From: a virus
Taxonomy: Duplodnaviria > Caudoviricetes
DNA length: 29,942 nucleotides
Reading direction: 5' to 3' (one strand)
Virus record (IMG/VR): IMGVR_UViG_3300021085_000144
Span: 1 to 29,942 of that record
The stretch's first letter is position 1. Every line of letters starts with the position of its first letter. The notes beneath the pieces were generated by a model. It had not been told where the DNA came from. It made no database searches and was given only the letters and a program-made list of their open reading frames with translations. Of the stretch, positions 23,921-29,942 are shown one piece after another. The translations under genes and the position numbers were made by a program.

Positions 23921-26137
23921 ATGGCGAATCGTTTCCTGAATAACATAACGATAAATGATGAGTATACGTTACCATCAGTAGACGGTACGGCTGGGCAAGC
24001 GATTACCACAGACGGTTCTGGAAACTTAAGTTTTTCTACTGTTGATTCTGACTCAGCATTAAAAGTAACACTTAGAGTTAAAAACGTATCTGGAGGAACT
24101 TTAAACGCAGGTACCCTTGTTAGGGTTGCACCTACAGCATCTCCACCATCAGGAAACGTATTAGAAGTAGATGTTGCAGATAATAGTGCTGCTTCTACAA
24201 TGCCAGCCGTTGGGATTCTTGTTAGTCAAATTACAGACGGAAGTGAAGGAGATGCAGTGGCTTTTGGTAGAGCGGCTGGGTTTTCTACATCTGGCTATAC
24301 AGAAGGAGATCCAATATGGGTTGGATCAAATGGAGCTTTTGTAGGAACAAAACCAACAGGGTCTGATTTAATTCAAAAGGTTGGTCAAATAATTAAAGTG
24401 CACTCTTCCAACGGAAGTATTGAAGTTTTTGGTGCTGGAAGAACAAACGATGTTCCTAACTTATCTGTAGGAAAGATATGGGTTGGTACTACAACTAATA
24501 CAGCAGAATCTACTCTTGTAGAGATAGATGAAACAAATAATATTTTAACTGTAGGTGGGGCAATATATTATTCAAATGTATTCTCTCAAGAATCAGATTT
24601 ACCATCAGCAACAACCTATCATGGTATGTTTGCCCATGTTCATGGAACTGGATATGCATACTATGCTCACGCAGGGGCTTGGGTTAAGTTAGCTAAACAC
24701 AGCGAGTTAGTTGCCGCGGCAAATGATTCTACTATTACAATAACAGCTGGTACAGGATTGTCGGGCGGTGGTACTTTTACTACTGACCAAGCGACAGATA
24801 GTTCAGTTACAGTTAACTTAGACAATACAGCAGTAACTCCAGGAACTTATGGAGATGCTAATAATACTCCACAGATTACAATAGACCAACAAGGTCGTAT
24901 TACTTCAGCTACAACTGTAACTACAGCTGGATCAGGAGGCGGTGGAGGTGGAGGTGCAGAACTTTCAATTGAAAGAGATGTAATAACCGCTACGGCTAAT
25001 CAAACAGCATTTACAATATCATCTGATATAACAGCATCAAGTAATACACAAGTGTATATTGATGGGGTATATCAAGCTAAAAGTAATTATACTACAAGCG
25101 GAGCTGTAATAACATTTTCAACTGGAGTTCCTGCTGGAGCGGAGGTTGAGGTTGTGCATTTTATATCCGTATTATCAAAAGTATATACAGATACATTTAC
25201 AGGAGACGCTTCTACAGTCGATTTCACGGCTTCTAAGGACGTTACAGACGAAAACGTTACACAAGTATACATAGACGGAGTTTATCAGTCTAAAGACAAT
25301 TATACGACTTCTGGAACAACTATCACTTTTTCCACCGCACCTCCAAGTGGTAGTGCGATAGAGGTCGTACATTTTACGCCTGCAACTTATTCAACATTGA
25401 ATAGTAACCAGTTTACTGGAACAGGATCGCAAACAGATTTCACTTTAACACAAGCAGTAGATGTTGATACATCTTTTGTATTTGTACAAGGTGTGTATCA
25501 AGAAAAAGATACATATTCTATAAGTGGAACAACATTAACATTTACTACGGCACCTATAAGCGGTTATAGCATTGAGGTTATTACAGTTGGTTCTGTATCT
25601 ATATTTAATGATACATTATATTTAGATAACTTTAATGGAACTGGATCACAAGTTGATTATACGCTTTCTACAAGTCCTGCAAATGAAAATGCTATTGATG
25701 TTTATATCAATGGATTATATCAGCAGAAAAATACATTTAGTTTATCTGGGAGCACATTAACATTTTCAACCGCTCCTCCAAATGGTTCAACTATAGAGGT
25801 TAAATCAACAGGAGGACTGAATAACGTAGCCGCTAACATTACAAGAAATTATAGTGTTGCGGTTATTTCATCTGATACAACTGCGGTTAGTGATACTCTC
25901 TATGTATTGACAGCAAATTTAACTCTTACACTCCCAGCTTCTCCAAGTAATGGAAATAGTGTTAAAGTTTCAAATAGATCAGGTGTTGCAACTTGTGTTA
26001 TAGCTAGAAATGGAAGTAAAATAATGGGTAGTGCGGCAGATTTAACATTAGACAAATTAAATGCTGGTTTTGAAATGATTTACTCAGGAACAGCAGAAGG
26101 ATGGATATTAATTGGCGTAGAAGGTACGGCAGCATAA
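23921..26137 (+). CDS. Multidomain fibre/baseplate-associated protein with four ~75-aa beta repeats
   Basis: YTLP..DGTAGQ..TTDGSG; 4x FTG...T.FT...VYIDGVYQ.K..Y..SG..ITF..AP..G..IEV; C-terminal LTLPASPS.G domain. Confidence 0.8.
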   Translation: MANRFLNNITINDEYTLPSVDGTAGQAITTDGSGNLSFSTVDSDSALKVTLRVKNVSGGTLNAGTLVRVAPTASPPSGNVLEVDVADNSAASTMPAVGILVSQITDGSEGDAVAFGRAAGFSTSGYTEGDPIWVGSNGAFVGTKPTGSDLIQKVGQIIKVHSSNGSIEVFGAGRTNDVPNLSVGKIWVGTTTNTAESTLVEIDETNNILTVGGAIYYSNVFSQESDLPSATTYHGMFAHVHGTGYAYYAHAGAWVKLAKHSELVAAANDSTITITAGTGLSGGGTFTTDQATDSSVTVNLDNTAVTPGTYGDANNTPQITIDQQGRITSATTVTTAGSGGGGGGGAELSIERDVITATANQTAFTISSDITASSNTQVYIDGVYQAKSNYTTSGAVITFSTGVPAGAEVEVVHFISVLSKVYTDTFTGDASTVDFTASKDVTDENVTQVYIDGVYQSKDNYTTSGTTITFSTAPPSGSAIEVVHFTPATYSTLNSNQFTGTGSQTDFTLTQAVDVDTSFVFVQGVYQEKDTYSISGTTLTFTTAPISGYSIEVITVGSVSIFNDTLYLDNFNGTGSQVDYTLSTSPANENAIDVYINGLYQQKNTFSLSGSTLTFSTAPPNGSTIEVKSTGGLNNVAANITRNYSVAVISSDTTAVSDTLYVLTANLTLTLPASPSNGNSVKVSNRSGVATCVIARNGSKIMGSAADLTLDKLNAGFEMIYSGTAEGWILIGVEGTAA

Positions 26138-26149
26138 AGTAAATATAAT

Positions 26150-26803
26150 ATGGCAAATTTATCAGATTTTTTTCCAGCAGCAGGCGGTGGTGGCGGAGGA
26201 TTTACAAAACGTTTAAAATACACTACAGCTAGAGGTTTAGATGATGCAGATTATAATAATGCAGCAAGTTACACTGTTAATCCCGCGACTGATTTAGGTT
26301 TAGAGGATGGCGCTTCATTAGGATATTTCCTGGTAGGTGGAGGTGGAATGTCTAACAGTAATGCTTACGGTTCTTTTGGCGGTATGATAATTCAAGGAAT
26401 TGCAACCATAGTAACCGCAAGCACTAATCTAATATTAACACCAGGAGTTGGAGCTAATATTGTTACTGCTGATGGGAACTCAGGTCATGACTATAATGCT
26501 ACAGGAGCAGCACGTCAATCAACAATCACAGGAGGCTTATCTATTACAACCGCAGACGGAAGTAATGGCTCAGGTTATGGAGGAACAAATATATCTTCTG
26601 GAGCATCAGGAGGAACAGGAATTAATGGCTATGGTGTAGGATCAAGTGGAGAAAATTATAAAGGCGGTTCCTCATATGCTTATGCGTGGATGGGTGGTAA
26701 CAATAGACCTGCTCACGGTTTTGGTCACGGCGGTTCTGGGGGTATAACTGTGGCTCTTGGAGCATTTGAAGGGAGTGACGGAGCGATTATTTTATTTTAT
26801 TAA
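26150..26803 (+). CDS. Glycine-rich tail-fibre-associated protein
   Basis: LVGGGG...GHGGSGG...GSDGAIILFY pattern. Confidence 0.7.
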   Translation: MANLSDFFPAAGGGGGGFTKRLKYTTARGLDDADYNNAASYTVNPATDLGLEDGASLGYFLVGGGGMSNSNAYGSFGGMIIQGIATIVTASTNLILTPGVGANIVTADGNSGHDYNATGAARQSTITGGLSITTADGSNGSGYGGTNISSGASGGTGINGYGVGSSGENYKGGSSYAYAWMGGNNRPAHGFGHGGSGGITVALGAFEGSDGAIILFY

Positions 26804-26814
26804 AAAACTTAATT

Positions 26815-27171
26815 ATGGCTATTAAGACATATGGAAAAATAGTAAACGGGAAAGTATCAGGTTTACAAAATGTAGAAGAAATATACATTTCTGGTTTTAA
26901 TGGAAATTGGATTGAAGTACCTGAGGGTTTTGGAATCGGTGATTTGTACGATGAAACAAATGGATGGAGTAATCCCGTGAAAACAACTGAAGAACTTGAA
27001 GAAGAAGGAAAAAATTGGAGGAATAAAGAACTTAAAAGAAGTGATTTTATTGTTCCATTGACAGACTATCCAAATAGAGATGCTTGGATAACATACAGAC
27101 AAGAATTAAGAGACTGGACAACAACAGATAACTTTCCAGATACAAAACCTACAGCACCAGCTGAATTATAA
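26815..27171 (+). CDS. Phage tail fibre assembly chaperone-like protein
   Basis: WRNKELKRSDF...W..YRQELRD...FP..KP..P. Confidence 0.75.
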   Translation: MAIKTYGKIVNGKVSGLQNVEEIYISGFNGNWIEVPEGFGIGDLYDETNGWSNPVKTTEELEEEGKNWRNKELKRSDFIVPLTDYPNRDAWITYRQELRDWTTTDNFPDTKPTAPAEL

Positions 27172-27187
27172 ATTGTAATTTTACAGT

Positions 27188-28348
27188 ATGGCATTAACAA
27201 AACTTACAACAGATTTAATTGACGGTTCCTTAGGAACTGATTGGGATAGCAATATTAAAACAGCTGCTTTTACTGCAGTTGCTGGAGAGGGTTATTTTGT
27301 AAATACTACAAGTGCTGCAATAACTGTAACACTTCCAAGTTCACCTAGTGCTGGAGATGAAGTTTCTATAGTCGATTACGCTGGTACTGCTGATACAAAT
27401 AACATCACTATAACATCCTCTGATAATATTAATGGTGATGCTGATGATTTATCAATTAATTACGAAAGAGGAGGAGTGTCTATTGTTTATGTGGATGCTA
27501 CTCAAGGATGGTTAGCTTATAATGCCACTAATGAAACTGATACAGCTTTAGTTACACCTGTACCTTTAACGGTTGACTATTTAGTAGTCGCTGGTGGTGG
27601 AGGCGGAGGATCAGAAGCTGTTATTGGCGCTGGAGGGGGTGGCGCTGGAGGTTTACGAACCTCTTATGGATCTACATCAGGTGGAGGGGCTGCTGCTGAA
27701 ACAGCAATAGCAGCATCTGTATCAACTGATTATACTGTTACTGTAGGAAGCGGTGGAGCTGTTAATACGAGTGGAGTAGATTCAGTATTTAGTACAATTA
27801 CAAGTACTGGTGGGGGTAGAGGAGGATATAGATCTGGAAATGAAACTGGAGCTGATGGAGGTTCTGGTGGTGGTTCAGCATCAATTACTGGGGAATCTGG
27901 GGGAAGTGGTACTACAGGGCAGGGATTTGATGGAGGTACTGGATCTCAAGGAGGAAATTTCCCCTCTACATATCAAGCTGGTGGTGGAGGTGGTGCTGCT
28001 GAAGCTGGAAACACAGATGGAGGATCCCAAGGAGGCGATGGATTAGCTGTATCTATTACTGGATCATCCGTTACTTATGCTGGTGGTGGGGCAGGAGCTG
28101 CTGGAACATCCTATGGAACAAGAATTGGTGGAGATGGTGGCGGAGGTAACGAGGGGTCTGCGGGAGGTACTAATTTAGGTGGTGGCGGAGGCGCTAATGC
28201 TGCTGGAGGTTCTGGAGTCGTGATTTTACGTTATTCTAATTCATTTACAATAACAATAGGATCTGGTTTAACAGGAGCAACCACTACAGATGGAACGGAC
28301 AAAGTAACCACATTTACAGCAGGAACAGGAAATATATCATTTAGTTAA
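27188..28348 (+). CDS. Glycine-rich fibre protein
   Basis: FTAVAGEGYFVNT...VTLPSSPSAGD domain, then VDYLVVAGGGGGG...GGSGVVILRY. Confidence 0.8.
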   Translation: MALTKLTTDLIDGSLGTDWDSNIKTAAFTAVAGEGYFVNTTSAAITVTLPSSPSAGDEVSIVDYAGTADTNNITITSSDNINGDADDLSINYERGGVSIVYVDATQGWLAYNATNETDTALVTPVPLTVDYLVVAGGGGGGSEAVIGAGGGGAGGLRTSYGSTSGGGAAAETAIAASVSTDYTVTVGSGGAVNTSGVDSVFSTITSTGGGRGGYRSGNETGADGGSGGGSASITGESGGSGTTGQGFDGGTGSQGGNFPSTYQAGGGGGAAEAGNTDGGSQGGDGLAVSITGSSVTYAGGGAGAAGTSYGTRIGGDGGGGNEGSAGGTNLGGGGGANAAGGSGVVILRYSNSFTITIGSGLTGATTTDGTDKVTTFTAGTGNISFS

Positions 28349-28350
28349 TT

Positions 28351-28722
28351 ATGGCACACTACGCTTTTTTAAACATGCAAAACATCGTTACCGAAGTAAT
28401 AGTAGGTAAAGACGAAACAGATGGAGTTATAAACTGGGAGATTCATTATGGAAACATAAGAGAACAAGTTTGTAAAAGAACATCTTTTAACACAAGTGGG
28501 GGAGTTCATTCAGATGGAGGTGTTGCTTTTAGAAAAAACTATGCTGGTATAGGATATACATACGATGAAACTCGCGATGCGTTTATACCGCCAAAGCCAT
28601 ATGATAGCTGGACACTAAACGAGACTAGCTGCTTATGGGAAGCTCCTACGGCTTATCCAGATGATGAGCAACAGTACACCTGGAATGAAGAAACAACAAG
28701 TTGGGATTTAATAACAGAATAA
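28351..28722 (+). CDS. Conserved-looking fibre-associated hypothetical protein
   Basis: MAHYA...RKNYAGIGYTYD..RDAFIPPKP..SW.L.E..C.W.AP, directly after the glycine-rich gene. Confidence 0.7.
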   Translation: MAHYAFLNMQNIVTEVIVGKDETDGVINWEIHYGNIREQVCKRTSFNTSGGVHSDGGVAFRKNYAGIGYTYDETRDAFIPPKPYDSWTLNETSCLWEAPTAYPDDEQQYTWNEETTSWDLITE

Positions 28723-28732
28723 ATATATAAAC

Positions 28733-29083
28733 ATGGCATTAACTAAAGTAACATCAGCAGTATTAAATGACAATGCTGTATCGTACGATAAACTTGGAAG
28801 CGAGTTCACAGAAGCTGCTGCAATATCTGCAAGCGATGTAGACTTTAGCACAGCTCAAGTATTTACAAAAACACTTACTGCAGACGCTACATTAACTTTT
28901 TCTAATGTTTCAACTGGTATGGTTAAGGACTTAGTAATAACAGGAGACTTTGCTTTAACTCTTCCTAGCTCAGTAAAAATAGCTGCAGGAACTTATGACG
29001 GTACAGTAAGCAATTTAATACAAGTAACATCAACTAACGGCTCTACAGAACAGTGGGCTACAATATCTCAAGAAGCAACATAA
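28733..29083 (+). CDS. Small structural/fibre protein
   Basis: MALTK start shared with 27188; beta-rich. Confidence 0.7.
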   Translation: MALTKVTSAVLNDNAVSYDKLGSEFTEAAAISASDVDFSTAQVFTKTLTADATLTFSNVSTGMVKDLVITGDFALTLPSSVKIAAGTYDGTVSNLIQVTSTNGSTEQWATISQEAT

Positions 29084-29084
29084 T

Positions 29085-29666
29085 ATGAAAGCAAAAGATT
29101 TTAACGGGACAATTAAAACTTATAGAAGACTTCCAAACGTATGGAGAGATAATAATGGTTTGCACCTAAACTTTAGGAAAGCAAATCATGCCTCATTTGG
29201 GTTTTATGATGTTGTAAAGCCATCTTACGATAATATAAGTCAAAGATTAGGTGCTATTGAGTGGGATGCTGATAACAGCGTATTTACCTACCCAGTAGTA
29301 GATATTGACTTCGCTTCTACTTACGACGTATCTACAGCTATTGTAGATGACAATGGAGATGCTGTACTAGATAATGATGGAAATCCAACTTATACCGTAA
29401 CTACTGAAAACAATTACGATATTGACGAAATAAAGTCAGATAAGAAGAAAGCAGTAAACGAAGAAGCAGGAAGGTTATTAAAGCCAACTGATTGGTATGT
29501 AATTAGAAAATCAGAAAGAAACGTAGATATTCCAAGCGATGTTGTTACGGAACGTGCTGATATTATTACTAAAGCAAACGGATTTGTTACTGATATTGAT
29601 GCACTTACAACAGTAGAAAGTGTATTAAGATTTACGTTTGATTATTACCCACAAGCAGAAGTTTAA
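29085..29666 (+). CDS. Fibre-chaperone-like hypothetical protein
   Basis: C-terminal LL.PTDWYVIRKSE...IP..V...RA.I. Confidence 0.65.
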   Translation: MKAKDFNGTIKTYRRLPNVWRDNNGLHLNFRKANHASFGFYDVVKPSYDNISQRLGAIEWDADNSVFTYPVVDIDFASTYDVSTAIVDDNGDAVLDNDGNPTYTVTTENNYDIDEIKSDKKKAVNEEAGRLLKPTDWYVIRKSERNVDIPSDVVTERADIITKANGFVTDIDALTTVESVLRFTFDYYPQAEV

Positions 29667-29674
29667 AAAAAGAT

Positions 29675-29942
29675 ATGTTAGGAAAAAGAATTATTAATAC
29701 GGGTGCTGCAGGAGCAGCTTGTACTACAGATACAGTTCAAATATTAGATGGAGTACCTTTTGATTCTATTGCTACATACGAATTTGAAAGTAATGCTAAT
29801 GACTTAACTGGCAACTATAATGGTACTGCTACTAACGTAACGTATGCTACTGGTAAGTTTGGTAACGCTGCTGTGTTTAATGGGAGTAGTAGTCAAATAC
29901 AGCTACCTCTATTTAATAGAAGTGGAAATGTAGCTTATTCTT
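29675..29942 (+). CDS. LamG-domain fibre protein (truncated by the window edge)
   Basis: MLGKRIINTG...ATYEFESNANDLTGNYNGTATNVTYATGKFGNAAVFNGSSSQI; not in ORF track. Confidence 0.8.
   Translation, partial: MLGKRIINTGAAGAACTTDTVQILDGVPFDSIATYEFESNANDLTGNYNGTATNVTYATGKFGNAAVFNGSSSQIQLPLFNRSGNVAYS

Noticed and set aside
15233-29942. Diversity-generating retroelement acting on fibre genes
   Set aside because: No reverse transcriptase in the window and no repeat pair seen differing only at adenines.
1-29942. Stop-codon reassignment
   Set aside because: Standard code gives dense, intact genes; TAA, TGA and TAG all end genes that abut the next start or promoter.

Overview
About 30 kb of a dsDNA tailed phage, most likely infecting Bacteroidota (probably Flavobacteriia). 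The host call rests on several TTTG-N19-21-TAnnTTTG promoters and A-rich, Shine-Dalgarno-less start sites. The left third (1-10.0 kb, minus strand) holds a replication/recombination module: T7 gp4/Twinkle-like primase-helicase, lambda O-like initiator with internal 11-bp iterons, stand-alone DnaA domain IV, SSB, YqaJ-like exonuclease and a putative annealing protein. Upstream of it lies an array of about 14 small early genes joined by identical 20-25 bp junction repeats, with an Ocr-like acidic protein near its start. A non-coding switch region (10.05-10.73 kb) contains a 68-bp dyad and a promoter-terminator unit predicted to make a ~70-nt RNA complementary to AUGAAAC start sites. The plus strand then encodes phage groEL-groES, an HTH protein (converging on a minus-strand winged-helix gene), six small basic proteins, a 1200-aa LamG fibre with apparently nested domains, a mucin-like Thr-rich protein, an M15 endolysin with a holin, and fibre/chaperone genes. 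No capsid, portal, terminase, integrase, tRNA or CRISPR was recognised. All calls come from reading motifs by eye; no searches were run.
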